Source: Setoptus koraiensis (lineage: Eukaryota; Animalia; Arthropoda). From it: a DNA stretch of 64,000 bases. Positions 31,801-45,100 of the stretch are shown piece after piece; position 1 is the first letter of the stretch, and each line of letters begins with the position of its first letter. The notes under the pieces are model-generated. The model saw only the letters and a program-made list of their open reading frames with translations. It had not been told where the DNA came from and searched no databases. The stretch is taken from contig CM106586.1 in the NCBI GenBank assembly GCA_048013815.1, positions 24,366,001 to 24,430,000 of the forward strand. Reading direction: 5' to 3'. The position numbers and the translations under genes are program-made.

Positions 31801-33397
31801 TAGTGTATCGTACTGTTGATGAAGTTTGCTGTGGTCAACATCAACTATGAGATGTTCGTGTGGGTCGTTTGGGTGTCCAGTGGCGCTAGTGTCGTGCGGC
31901 AGAAAAGCATAAAAACTGGGCGAATGTTGTTGACTTGTTGATTTCGTATATTTGTTTGTTGAGGATCTGTCACATTTGGAGCAGGGTTGTTGTTGGTGTT
32001 TGTCGTTGTTGTTACCACTTTTGATGCCTGATGATGATAATTGGTCAGTAATTGTTGTTGATGAACTATGATTGACTGACTGTTGTGCCGATTTTACTGC
32101 TCCATTGGCAGCCTGATACAAGGTTGATGACCTGAATAAAGTAAGAGAGAAACAAAGTTGAATTCTGTTAATGCTCTGTTCTAACTACATATCCCTATAT
32201 TCCTATATCCGTACTTAAGCGCGTAACTACAATTGCAACAAGACCATATTGATCACATGAGATGTTCAATTTAGTTCCCACGACACCTGTTTGTGGCACC
32301 AATTTGTGGACACGTGTGAACCACTTGTCTCCCTTGATTCTCGTGCTGGCTTTATGAATGAATCAGCTACGAGTGAATCTCATTATGTAATCGGGGTATG
32401 GTTAGTTTATCTGGGTGTCGATGGCGTGGAATAGTTAATTGTTTTTGCTGGTGCTGCTGGTGCTGTTGCTGCTGTTGTTGTTGAGTCTCTCGAGCAAGTC
32501 TCTCATCGTGGGACAAATTCTAATAGTATTTTAATTATGAATGTGTTATCTCACTGGCCAATTTAAGCGGCAACTTTCAGCACAGTGTCTCTAATTGCGC
32601 AACCAACTAATTCAAGATATTGCACCATTATTATTACTGCAACCACAACAGTGAGACAGTCTATTAACACCGCTCATCTCTTATATAATAACATCCCTGT
32701 CAGAGCACCAATTAATGGCTGTTGCATCATACAGCTATGCATCACGTAGCCTGAGGCTCTTGTTTTTCTCGTCCTCAATCTATTCGCAATCTATCCTCAA
32801 TCTATGCTCATTCTATGCCCATTCTATGGCCATGACATGTCAGTAGATGGCATGTGGTGGTTGAATGGTGCTTTACAAAGATTGTGCGATGCTGCTAGCG
32901 AAAGACAATTGTTGGTGCCAGCAAGTTGGTGCCATCAAGTTGCACCATAATTCATCACAGACCGGTACCAGTATCATCTATTGTGGGCCCAGTTTACATT
33001 TGGCAGTGAATTGCCTGAGGAGAGTTGTAGTTATATAACTATATACCTCAAGCATAAAAACTCACCTCGTTGGTCCGTGTATATTTGTTGGTGGCTTTGG
33101 ACAATACAATTGATGATTCCTTCTAACACATTTGTAGCCTAGTGAGGTCTTCGGTTGAACTGTTCTCGTCTGTGTTGTTACTGTTGCTGCCGTTGGGGCC
33201 ACAGACGATATCATAGACAATAAATGAAGTAGTGATATTGTGATTGAAATAACAACATAAAAATGGTTTTGCTTCACTGTCAATCGAAAGCGATTTGAAT
33301 TTGTTTTAATATGTTGATGCATTTTTGTAATGTCACAGGATGTTAATTTAAATTGAATTTGTCGTGATTTTGTTCGTTTGTTTCCGTTCGTTAGCAT
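28802..33397 (-). CDS. spz4: Spaetzle-family cystine-knot ligand (Spz4-like); join(33397..33066,32131..31769,31019..30366,30130..30005,29060..28802), 577 aa
   Basis: Phase-compatible GT-AG exons give [14 protein letters not shown] and [91 protein letters not shown]. The last three exons are secure; the 5' exons and the Spz4 versus Spz3 label are less certain. Confidence 0.8.
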
Positions 33398-34007
33398 AGT
33401 GAAAGTTTACCCAAGTTGCCGATATTTGAGCGTGAATCTGTTGTATGTCATAACTAAGCACTTATCTGCAAACTGTTGCTTCCAATGATGTTTTCTCTAA
33501 ACTTTAGAATATAAAGTGAAAGTGGCAAATCGAACAATCGACAATCGAATGACCAATGATCGAACCAGAAACGACTCGCTATCATTCTATACACGATGCG
33601 CAAACACTCACGCTCATACAACTTTTCCCAATACCGGGGGAAAGCATAGTGACCAGGGCAAGAGATGCGCTTGAACCTGTTGCTGCATCTGTTGATCCCC
33701 TCACCTTTCCCCCTCCCCTCCTCGACTGTGGCTATTGTACAACCTAGTACCAGTACACTATCAGGTATGCTCCATAATGCCATTCACTCTATGTATAGGG
33801 TATATTATAATAATAAAGTACAACAACAATAATGACAGTTGTGGTGAAAGATTGGCAAGTTTCGTCCGCAGAGCGGCGTTTTTATTTCAATAAAAACTTT
33901 TCAATGTTGTCCTGCACCGCTGCCTATATTTATCTAACATGATCAAATTGTGTGTTTCTTTTGAACATCTGATTTATTATCAGAGTTCACTGTACATGGG
34001 AATGCTA

Positions 34008-34601
34008 CTAGCGCGTATGGGTTTTTCTTCTTTTGTTAATCATATGATATAAAATTTCTAAACCCTCTTCTAGACCATCACCAATAACTGCGCATGTTGG
34101 CTGAACGTGCCACAACTGATTCGGATTAAGATCATTTAAACCTAAATAACTAGCTATATCTTTGGCCTCTTTTGCTCCTGGTAAATCCTGCTTGTTGGCC
34201 AAAACAAGTATTGGTACATTTTTGTTCTCAGGCATCTTGGCTGTTTTAAGTAACTCCATTTTAGCTTCTTCCATTCGTTCGTCGTCAACAGAATCCACTA
34301 CAAACACTATTCCATCGGTGCATCTTGTATATGACCTCCATAAAGGCCTTAATTTGTCTTGTCCTCCAATATCCCAAATAATAAAATTAACGGTTTTTGA
34401 TTTGCTTGTTTGAACTTTGACTTTTTCACAATTGAATCCAATTGTTGGTACTGTATTGAGATATTGACCAAATTTTAATCTGTACAAAACGGTCGTTTTC
34501 CCCGAACAATCCAATCCTAACATAACAATATGAGTATTAGATAAATTTGGCAATGAGTCTATTAATGAATTTGCTGCATTCTTTGCAACTGTACCTCCCA
34601 T
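34008..34601 (-). CDS. ARL4: ADP-ribosylation factor-like GTPase 4
   Basis: MG start, [42 protein letters not shown] and a basic C-terminus. Confidence 0.93.
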   Translation of the reverse strand: MGGTVAKNAANSLIDSLPNLSNTHIVMLGLDCSGKTTVLYRLKFGQYLNTVPTIGFNCEKVKVQTSKSKTVNFIIWDIGGQDKLRPLWRSYTRCTDGIVFVVDSVDDERMEEAKMELLKTAKMPENKNVPILVLANKQDLPGAKEAKDIASYLGLNDLNPNQLWHVQPTCAVIGDGLEEGLEILYHMINKRRKTHTR

Positions 34602-34778
34602 GGTTAATTAATTAATTATTTATTTATATTTGGGTTTGCCTCTACGACTCTACCTTTGTGCGAGTGCAGAAATCCAATTACACCCAGTGGTGAGAACGGC
34701 TGTAATGCGAAAATTCAGAAGGCGCGCGAAATCTGAATTTGTTGTTAGATTTTTTCAATGCATCATATATAGGATTAG

Positions 34779-36068
34779 TTATTTTGATACCAAGTCTTTT
34801 AGAGATCCTAGATCAATCTTTAGAGACTCAATGGACTTTTTCAGGTTATCATCTTCCTCAACACCTACAATAGATTCAAGCTGAGTTACTCTTTCATTTA
34901 GAGATTTCAATTTAGAATCTACCAGGTCACCAATCTCTGTTATATGGGTGCGTAAATCTTCAAAGTCCTCTGAGTTATTTCGTTGCCATAATTTTAGCGC
35001 AGCGTGATCCTTGGCCATCAGTATCTTATATTTAATCTTTAGGCTTCTCATGATCCTCGCTATTTCCAGGACCTCTTCCAGACACTTGTTGGTCTGCATC
35101 ATAGTATTTTTACTTTCCTCGGTTTGTTCATAAGTTAAAGTTTTGAATTTTCCTTTAACTAGCCACTCTTGATCATAAGCATATTTCAGTGATTCCCGGG
35201 CCAATCTCGGATTAGAGCAAGTGGAACATATATAGTTGTCCATCACATCTTCTGGTTTTTCAATTTGTAAACAATGACCATGTTGCCATGTTAAACAAAT
35301 CTCACATTGAACCATGAGACCACATTCCTCGGGCATCTCACATTGACAGTGGACAAGCTCTTTGACATTATCATCTTCCTGCATTTCTGCAGCCGTTCTG
35401 GCATCCCAAAATGGTAGAACAGTGTTTGGGACAACATCTATGAATATAGGAGGGGTGCGTGGCCTCGGGGGGCGTGTTTCCTTTACTATGGGCTTTGGTC
35501 TTTCGGGCGAAACTTTTGGCTTGGGTGCCTTATGTGGTTTGGGTGTTGTTTGGGTGTGTGGTGCTTTATGTTTAGGTTCAGATTTAGGTTTAGGGTCAGG
35601 TTTAGGGTCAGGTTTAGTGTCAAGTTTAGTGACAGGTTCATTGTCAGGTTTATCGTCAGACTGAGAGTTAGATGACGTTGACGATTTAGCTTCGGCAGGT
35701 GCTGGCGTAGCCGTGACTTGAGGAACAGGCGATGCCTTCGGGGGTTGTGGTGGTGGCGGCGCTGGCGGCGTCGGCTCAACCTTTTTCTCTGGTTGCGTGA
35801 CGGTGTGCTTAGATCCAGGCAATTTAACCCTTAGCTTGGTGGGTACTCTCTTTGGAGTGATATTAGACTCCCTCTTAGGAGTGATGGTGGGTTCCTTTTT
35901 GGGGGCTACGCTGGTATGCTCTGATGCGTTGGATGGGGTAGTAGTAGTTGTGGAAATAGACGCGGGAGATGGCATAGATCTAGCGCTAAGATTACTAGGC
36001 GATTGATAGTCTTCATCGTCGAATCTTATTCGCGCTTTTATTGTCCTCCTGGGTCGGCCGTCCTGCAT
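34779..36068 (-). CDS. PHF20: PHF20/MBD-R2-like PHD finger protein
   Basis: CQCEMPEECGLMVQCEICLTWQHGHC...YICSTC followed by the PHF20-type KYAYDQEWL; Pro/Lys-rich N-terminal part; C-terminal coiled coil. Confidence 0.75.
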   Translation of the reverse strand: MQDGRPRRTIKARIRFDDEDYQSPSNLSARSMPSPASISTTTTTPSNASEHTSVAPKKEPTITPKRESNITPKRVPTKLRVKLPGSKHTVTQPEKKVEPTPPAPPPPQPPKASPVPQVTATPAPAEAKSSTSSNSQSDDKPDNEPVTKLDTKPDPKPDPKPKSEPKHKAPHTQTTPKPHKAPKPKVSPERPKPIVKETRPPRPRTPPIFIDVVPNTVLPFWDARTAAEMQEDDNVKELVHCQCEMPEECGLMVQCEICLTWQHGHCLQIEKPEDVMDNYICSTCSNPRLARESLKYAYDQEWLVKGKFKTLTYEQTEESKNTMMQTNKCLEEVLEIARIMRSLKIKYKILMAKDHAALKLWQRNNSEDFEDLRTHITEIGDLVDSKLKSLNERVTQLESIVGVEEDDNLKKSIESLKIDLGSLKDLVSK

Positions 36069-39000
36069 GTTTATTTTTTATATTGTGATACAGTTTCTAA
36101 TTGATATCAATAGTAGGTTAGTTCAAGTGGCAATGAGTGGAAATGCGAAAAATGATCACATTTCTTCTATTTTTGCACGTTCAACGTGGAATCTGTTTGT
36201 GTTTCTGGGCGCACTATTCAAAAATGGTGAATATCAAAATAAAGTGAATATTCACAGAATATTCATCTAAATATTTACAAGTATAGTGCTAAACGATTAC
36301 GTAATGCCAATAATGGCGCTCTACATCTTAAAGGCCCAATCAGATTACCTGAGAGTAGTACCTGGTTATGCAGTCTCTTGCAATCAATAGCAATGAGTAC
36401 ACACAAACTGTTAAACTCACCCAAACGGACTGTGGAGTAAGCGATTTCTAATTGGAGCAATAGTTGATGTAACGGTATTATTGATAGATAACACTCTTAG
36501 TCTAACAAGTTGGATTAGTTCTAAAAGTTGAGTTTAGAAGAATTGATGCATGATGTAAGAGGAGTGGAGTGGGGTAATGTTGCAATTTTATTTTGATCAT
36601 TGTATCAGTGTTGATATGATGTGCATAATCAATCAACATAACTGACTACCATTACTTCCTACACTCTATCATAACTAATGAACAGTATTAGTAATGATAC
36701 CAAGTATACATATCTACAGTAACTGGATGGAAGTAAAAAACAACAACCAATAATAATTATAATAATAATAATATTAATACTCGTAGCAGCAATACTAATC
36801 ATTTACTCCACTACACCTACTGATATTCGGTCAATGATGCAACATTAGCTATGTGGTTTGTATTGATTGGAGCACAGAAATGGGTACAGCAACCGTAGTA
36901 AAGTTAATCGATCAATTTGAAAACATTCTGTATGAACGAATCTAGCTCTAGTTGGCTTGCTTTTTAGAAAAATTGAAGCACCACAGCAACAAGCCAAAAC
37001 AACACTTAGTTGCAGCTCACCTCATCAATATCATCACTAGATTCGTAAAACTATAACAACTACAAATAACTAACCACCGCTGCTACCTGCTTGTAAGAGT
37101 TGTGTTTCAATGGTACTTCATTATCAATATTTCTACAATGCAGACACTTGAGATAGTAAATGGTGGGAGATGCGGTTGTTATAATATCGACAAATAGATC
37201 AATATAAGTCCAACTCTCATAACTCTTGATTCAATTGAGTTGAGTTGAAATAGAGAAGCAGTGAATACGAGCAAATGATGAAAAGGAATATTAACAGCAA
37301 GAAGTTTTAGTCTGTCGTTGTGCTGTAAATGGTTGCAACCTGTTATTGTGAATTGTTTAGACAGTTCATCGATTCGGAACACAGCTAAAACTCGAATACA
37401 GAAAGGCACAAGCAAACAACAAAGCGGAAATTAACATGTCAACACTTGGCGGTTGTTTGTTGCATCGCTCTAGACACCCCACATTTGATCTATTTAGGTG
37501 AAAGAAAATCTCTCCATGACGCGACCACAGGTGGCGGTTTCAGTATTTTAAAACTGATGATACATTTGTGAGGTGTGAGATAATATATTTTCCTTCAAGT
37601 AGCCATTGGCTGACGCGGTAGAGATAAACAGGATGGAAAACCATCACGAATAGCTGCAGCATCCAATGCTCGGTATAGATTGCAAATGCCAGGATAAAGA
37701 TTGGATAGCACAGCTAAACTAGTACAAGTAGAACACAAAATGTACAAAATGTAAACATTGATAGAGTCTAGTTAATCTAACAGACAGAATGTTATATGTT
37801 GATCATCATCATTTCTAGTAAACCTTTCGAATGATGATAATCATCTGATCATCATCAGAGGGCGGTTAACGACCTGCAACCAATTATGAATTTATCTCTC
37901 AACTTGACGCATTCTGAGACCTTATAAGTTTTGAAGTTGAGGAAGCTTGTCAATCTGATGCTGTTGCAGCTCTGCTGGATTTTTCTCTAACTGCGGCGGG
38001 CATCAGTGATTCACCATGACCATCCTAACTATTATTACAGCATCCTGTGGCTATGTGTCCTTCATCAAATGTGTTGCCTTGTTGCACTGCTGTAAGATAT
38101 CAAAATATACAACAACATGGCTGTACTTATTTGGGAGGCGATTTTGATTAACAATTTCACATCTCTCAATATGATTAGGTCGCGTTTGATGATGATCTCT
38201 TACAGGCACCACACATAGGTAAATACACGAAGATGAGACTTAACTCACACACACACACTCAATTCAACGATCACGGCTAGTAGAGACATAGATATTATAT
38301 ATTATAAATTAAAAATAACTGACAAGTGCGAATGATGCAGTTATTCAGATGACAACAACAGGTGAGTTGGCTTAGTAGCAGTTAGCTGTATTTGCTATTG
38401 TGTGAGTGACCAACAGACCATCGTTTGTAACGAGCAGAGATAAAAGTCATAGGTGAAGAATATTAATTAACCAAGTTGCTAAGTAGATTATTTGTGGGCA
38501 TTGTGACTTTATTTATTGGGAGCAGCTTCAAACTGATCCTATGAAAAAAACAAGATCTTCCTGCATTGGCTATCTCAGATTGCAGGCAGCTCTTGGTAAA
38601 ATTAAAGATTGTGTATAGATACTGCTTTTAGATTGCGTGTTTGGTTGCTTGTTGAGGCTAATAATTAAGTTGTGTTTTGCGCGACATTTCATATATTACA
38701 CAAATATCCATATCTCAAAGCTCAATCTAGACTGCAGATCACAGCAGGAAACTTAGATCCCAGATCTAGATTAGTACCTTTGAACAGATAGGCATCTGAG
38801 AAGTTTAAACTTTGCACTATGCACAGGCTGCTTGTCTTGTGTTGGTATCTATAGCTGTTTGGATGATAGTGACAAGTAAATTACTCCGAAGGAAGAGGCT
38901 TAAAGATGATCAATTAGTGTGCAAATGAGTATGTACCATGATCAACTAGTGGCAGTTGTCGCTGCTGTCTGTTGCCTAACACTGTCGAATTACTGCCCGA

Positions 39001-39203
39001 CTATCCGTATTCAATTGTCTCGCATTGAGATCAAATGACAATCAGCCTCATTACCATCGACGAGATTATTAAGCGCATACGAGAGCTATTTTCATCGACC
39101 TGTTCATAATAAATTAAATAAGTTAAATAATAAATTAAAAGTTATTAGCCACAACATAATAGAGTGCATGCAATAGAACAGATAAACTAAAACAAACAAA
39201 ACA

Positions 39204-40134
39204 ATGTCTACAGGCCAAAATAGCGACCAGTCAGCGAAAGTGGCACTAGTTACTGGATCGAGTTCAGGAATTGGTGAGGCCATTGCCAAAGAATTTGCCA
39301 AGCTCAACTATAATGTTGTGATAACTGGTAGATCGGATGGTGAAATAAAACGCGTTGCACAAGAGTGCAAGGAATTGTCACCACAATCGTTGCAGGTAAC
39401 ACCACTGTTTTTATTCTTCAATAATATATCAATTTAACATAAAATGTTATAATATGACTCAATTACTGAACTATTAAACATTTGATTCAATTGTTATCCG
39501 TTTTATTGCAAAGCCGCTTACAATAAGAGCCGATTTAGGCAAAATGGATGAAGTAGATGAGCTGTTTCGCCAAGTAATGGAACACTTCTCAAACAGGTTG
39601 GATGTGTTAGTTAACAACGCCGCCTATGCCATGTCTGTGGATCATAGAAATATCGACGAATGTTTTCTAGATTACAAGAAAACAATGAGCTTAAATATGG
39701 ATGCAACAGTCAGATTAACATTGTTGTCGGCACCGTATCTCGAGGCCAGCTCCAATGGCAGCATAATTAATATATCAAGTATAGCCAGTTTTCAGCCGGG
39801 CCAAATTGGGGCCGCTTACAGCTCATCAAAAGCAGCCATGAATATGTATTCCAAGTCTATGGCAGTGGAATTGGCCCCAAATGTGCGTGTCAATTATATT
39901 TGTCCCGGGCCCATAAAAACAAAAATCATTGAACGATCTGGCTTGTCATTGGACGCATTTAAGCACGTTGCAGAAGAACAGTGTCTAGTGAGACGAATCG
40001 GACTTCCAGAGGAGGTGGCCCACGCTGTTGTCTTTTTGGCCTCTGATAAGGCCTCTTACATAACTGGCAGCAAGTTGGTAATCGATGGAGGAGTGACCCT
40101 GCGACCATTGACTTGGGACAAGTCAAAACAATAA
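39204..40134 (+). CDS. Classical short-chain dehydrogenase/reductase; join(39204..39395,39514..40134), 270 aa
   Basis: TGSSSGIG, LDVLVNNA, YSSSK and PGPIKT; a 118-bp GT-AG intron joins the two ORFs in phase 0. Confidence 0.92.
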
Positions 40135-41921
40135 TGAAACCATAACAGCAAGCACGCATTTCGTGTAAACTCTATTGTGGCCATCAATCGAACAGCATCA
40201 ATCGAGTCAACTAACCAATTAACATTGAACATAACGCGAGGCCTCACAATGGGGCCTTTCAAACAAAGACAGTCGAACAATTTTTGCTCGCGATTGGCTC
40301 GGCTCAAATCGGTGCCTCTCATATCTCAGCGTCAGAACAACAGTTGGCAACAATAAAATAGCCCCTTCTCTCAATGGATCAATTATTAATAGTTTCGTTG
40401 TCCATATCCATTGATCATTGTCATATGTGTATGGTTGCATTTTCTCTCACTGAACACAGGCAGCTATGGTTCGGTCACAGACAACAATCATTCGAATCGT
40501 TTCAATTTAGCATCAATCTCGAATGTCTTGATCAAATGATCTGACCAAAAAGTGCGTTGACACGTAAATTACGCGACGTAACAACAAGTTGCGTAGCAAA
40601 TGTTGCCACTTGTACCGTGAGCAAACGTAACTTTCATCATACGTAACACCATTGGCTTGTTTGGGCCAATCAGGCATCTCTGGTCGTGGTCAAAAAAAGA
40701 ACACAATCTTGTATGTACTCAGTGATAGTGAGAGGAGGCATTAATGAAGAGCAACAAAAGCATGATTATTATAAATATAGTCATGATGCAACAACAACGA
40801 GTTGGGTACGCTTGTTTTCATTCGTCGGTGTCGGCGTTGGTTCGGTTCGGTTCGGTTGAAAAGAATTGAAAATAATAGTAATAATAATAATAATGTAAGC
40901 GTGACTTACCGCACTTGATTGTTTTGGTTGAAATTGACCACAACTGGTTTTGAGCCGCACACTTTGGCCTTGTTTTTGTCTATTGTGAGCTGGTGTGTGT
41001 GACCATCACAGTGTCTAGCAACGGTCAAGCGCCTCGTTGCTGCTGCTGCCGCTGTTATGTCTATATATGCAAAAGAGAACGAAATGGAAATGTTTACCGG
41101 TTGCCAACAATTGCTTACGTAATGATGTGAATATTGAATCTGATTGTTTGTGTGTGTTTACTCTCGCTCTCGCTCTCACAGTGTCAGTGTATCTGTCTGT
41201 ATATTTGTATGTGTGTAAATGTGTCTTCTGTGGACGACGAGATGACACGACGATGTCTTTGTCTGCATCGAATCAGTCGTTTATGAGTAGTGCAGCCAAA
41301 GCATTGTCTCATCATCAAATTTCCATTTCATCAGCGGCAACAACAACAGCAACTACCGACTAGACAACTACCAGCAACAACACATCGGACATACGCACTT
41401 ATCGTATCATGTTGCATATCGGTGTGCGTTGTTGCTAATTTGCATGATCATCTATTGTGTTGTTTATAAGCATTTACTTTTAGCAATAACAACAACAACA
41501 ACAAACTGGAGTACCATTTCACTTTCGTCTTGGCGTACTTTTAATGACGTAACCCTACGAGATTATGGCGTTGTTGTTTTTGTTCGAGAACGCTTCGCTA
41601 GCTATCAACTGATGAGTATGTGGATGAGCATGTGGATGAGAGGCACACGCCGAGACAGAAAGCTCAGCAAGAGCAAAACAAGCCAGCGAAACTAATACAC
41701 CTAAACATATTATAATGAGCATATGTTGTATGTTATACAGTTATGTAGTTCATGCGTTGTGATGGACATGGCTTCGGACTTTGGCTATCGTATCGCATCA
41801 ATCATAATTGCAAGCTAAGAACTGTTGTGTTGTCCAGGTTTTCGCATTCGCTGTTGTGATGATGAGCTCCAACAGTTAGTTTGTTAGCTTGAGCGGATCA
41901 AGGCAAGAAATGGAAAAGAGC

Positions 41922-41953
<32 letters not shown>

Positions 41954-44900
41954 AGAGCCAAAAGAGTTGCAGCAACAACAGTAGTTGCCGTATCAACGAC
42001 AACAAGTGAACCAACGGCCCACACACAAACTAAAAACAATCATTTTTTATGCAAATTAAATTACAATTGGCCTCTTAGTATTCGATGCATTCATGATGAC
42101 GAACGAAACGTAACACAAGAACGTGAGCAATTGTAAACGAACAAGCTCCACTAACTGTAAAGACACAGCCAACTCAGCAAGACATGTGTGGTATTTAATT
42201 TGGCGTTCAATTCAACGAATTGAATGCCTCCATCTATTCGCATTGTAAGCAAAATTGTATATTATATAATATATGTTATATAACTAACCACAGGTATGAG
42301 TGTTGCACAATGTTGCGACAAATTAAGCCATTACCATTGAGTTCATTCAAATCTAAATGTTGCGTGCACAACAGCACTCAATAGATACACTGGCACAATG
42401 TTTGTTGTTACTACACAAAATCACAAATTCTAGTTATAGCGATAGTTATGTAATAGCAACATGATCTGCCATAGTGTATGGCGATGCTAGTGGCCAGCGC
42501 AGTCAATTGGTCAGTCGCTGGCACCGGTCAATGGCCACTAGTATCCGATACTTGAAATGCTTGCACTGAGACACACAAGTGGCTACAACTCTCGTTTTGT
42601 CGCACCTGTTGCTCTGCCGACACTAGCTACTAACTGCTAGTTACTGACCAGTAGTTAGGTGCTTGCAATAATTGATTGACGCAATAATGACGCAACAATA
42701 ATTATTACTAATTATCGCTAATGATGACTAGACCCCCGAGAGATAATTACACATGGCCCATGTTGTTTGCCCGTTTTGTCGTCTAACAAACAACAACGGC
42801 CAATGCCCACATAGATCGATTGTAACAGGACAGATCAACTGCGAATATGCTTATTAGAGAGATTGTTAGTGATTCACTTTGCAACGGCTATTATGCACAA
42901 GCCCAGAAACATACCCATCTATCATTGTCTTTGTTAGTTTGTTCGTTGTCGGTAAATCACTTTCACCAGTTGGCAACCAGTTGGCAACCAGTTCAACAGT
43001 GAGTTCAACAAACCTCATTAGGTGAATTTATGCAAGCAACAGCGAACTCGATACCAGGGAACCCAAGACTCTTGTGACAAGAGTAGCGTCGATATTCACT
43101 GGCAGCAAATAGGCTAATCAGGCGAAAGAAAGATGCGAGCTTTTATTTACTTTTATTTTATCTTGAATTTTAGTTTGACTGCCGGGGTGGGAACATGCTT
43201 GCATGAACTATAAGAACTATAAGAACTATAAGAATGCGGGCGACCGTTTAAAAGAACAACACACTGTTTTGGGAAGACTTTGTTCGATAGGCGCCATTGT
43301 TTGCTAGAAATGGGGCTATTCAGAAAAAAAAACTCCGGCAGATATCAGCAAAATAAATATTAGTTTGATCACAATCACATGATGACAATCATGCTTGCAC
43401 CAATAGACTGTGCCACTAGACTATTTGCAACTATCAAATTGATAGTTGCAAATGTTTGCATTGCGGATGCAGATTAAACTCATTGGCACGCTTGATTAGC
43501 TTGCGAACGCGCAAAGGTAAAAAGGGGGCGCCCGAGGACAGATCAAATCGATCAAAGTTGCCACTCCTGCTCACTAATACTAATGCTCACAGTAATTTAT
43601 GTATGTCCACAAAATATACCACACAATTTGCAATTACCTGAACAGTTACACAATTATTACAACAAACCACTATTTGCCCACTATTATTACATGTTATACA
43701 ACATGCAACATCGATCATTATTGTGTTTTCCTCGCCAGGCGATGTGTTTGCATCGCGTTGGCCAAAACATTTACGTATTGTACAAACGGACACAGCCGTT
43801 TGTTTGTTTTCTGGCCATGATAAGCTCATTAAGAATGATATTATATAACAATCTCATTTTATTGCTTTGAAGAATGTGAGCGCATCCTCTATTAGTATCC
43901 TCTTGTAATGAAAAACATACAAAACGAACGTACAAATAATAAACTGCTTGTGCCACTTCCTCAATTGTTGTTGCTAAATGTTGTTTTGCAGCACTTTCGC
44001 TGTGTAGCAAAACGAAAGCAACAATAAAATCCCAACAAAACCCCCATCAATTTTGCACTGCTGGCCTCGTTGGTCACGTATTTGTCGTACACTCGTTGCC
44101 AAAGCGATTGCACTGACAAGTGAGTTTATGCGTGTCACTACCGCGTTACCACTAATGTGTCCGATGCGCGTTATGTATCTTTGTATTTATGCGTTTGTGT
44201 AATTTTTAATCTAATTGGCAAACAAACACAGGCAAAAAGTCATAAATAACTATCATCATGCGACCACTATGCTCACCATTTGCTTGCAATCTGTATATAT
44301 AGGTGTAATATATTGAAACAACAACAATAAATAATAACCAAGCAGCTTGTAGTTTTATCATCAAGTGAGTAATTGAGCCATGATACACGTGCATAATTGC
44401 TTAGTAACTCTTTGACTCGATTCGATTCGCATGCGTTTAATATTAATATGATAATTTAAGAGTTAGTTTGTTGTCTGTGGCAGGCACAGTGTGGCGTGTT
44501 TATTGATGCCATCTAATTTTGTATCTAATTAGCACGCGTCATTAATTTAATCGTCGTTTTAACTTGTCCATTGTTTTCATTTGTGTGTGTGTTGATTTAC
44601 TTTCACTAACTAACCACTGACATGTTCGCACATCACATAAGCATTGCCCAATAATCATTGCGAGAACAAGAGAGACAAACAAACAAAACAGTTTCAACAT
44701 AAATCTCACGAGCAGCAGTGACTCTCGACACCCGACACAGTTTTTCGAGTTGCATCGCACTATATAACTATATGTTTTTGATCTAGACGTTTAATACTTA
44801 ATTACTATCGCTGGCTTTGTCTAGCCGTGTCAGTCAGTCTGTTTGCAGTTATCACAGACAGTATTTAAGAATGATATGAATCACACAGATTTAATTGAGA

Positions 44901-45043
44901 ATTTGGCAGACAGGTGCCGAGTGAGCGGGCACCAAAAGCCCAATTACAACCACACACAACTACAACTCGTAAATGCTCATAAATGAGTGATTTGCGAGTC
45001 ACTCTCTCTCTCAGTTGGACTATCGCTTGTCTCAGGTCTCTCA

Positions 45044-45100
45044 GGTCGCAGTTGGACAGTTGCACTGTCTCACTGCGAGTGCAATTGTCCAACTGCGACC
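45044..45100 (+). other. 57-nt stem-loop (23-bp stem, 11-nt loop), pre-miRNA-like
   Basis: ggtcgcagttggaca-g-ttgcact pairs with agtgcaa-t-tgtccaactgcgacc; the single non-Watson-Crick position is G:U on the + strand. Confidence 0.5.

Noticed and set aside
35570-35640. TTAGGG-like repeats suggesting an interstitial telomere
   Set aside because: These are 12-bp coding repeats (PKPD) on the opposite strand of the PHF20-like ORF.
1506-35779. Many 60-100-aa ORFs antisense or out of frame to the main genes, and ORFs starting at TTG/GTG
   Set aside because: Shadow ORFs of real CDSs; non-ATG starts come from the ORF caller and mostly mark internal exons.
43305-43325. RNase MRP CR-V-like aaatggggctattcag, and an RNase P-like gaagtttgaa at 15432
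   Set aside because: The partner P4 strand is absent at a plausible distance in both cases.
45075-45090. miR-92-like aattgcactcg on the minus strand of the hairpin
   Set aside because: Only 11 nt match and the remainder would run through the loop.
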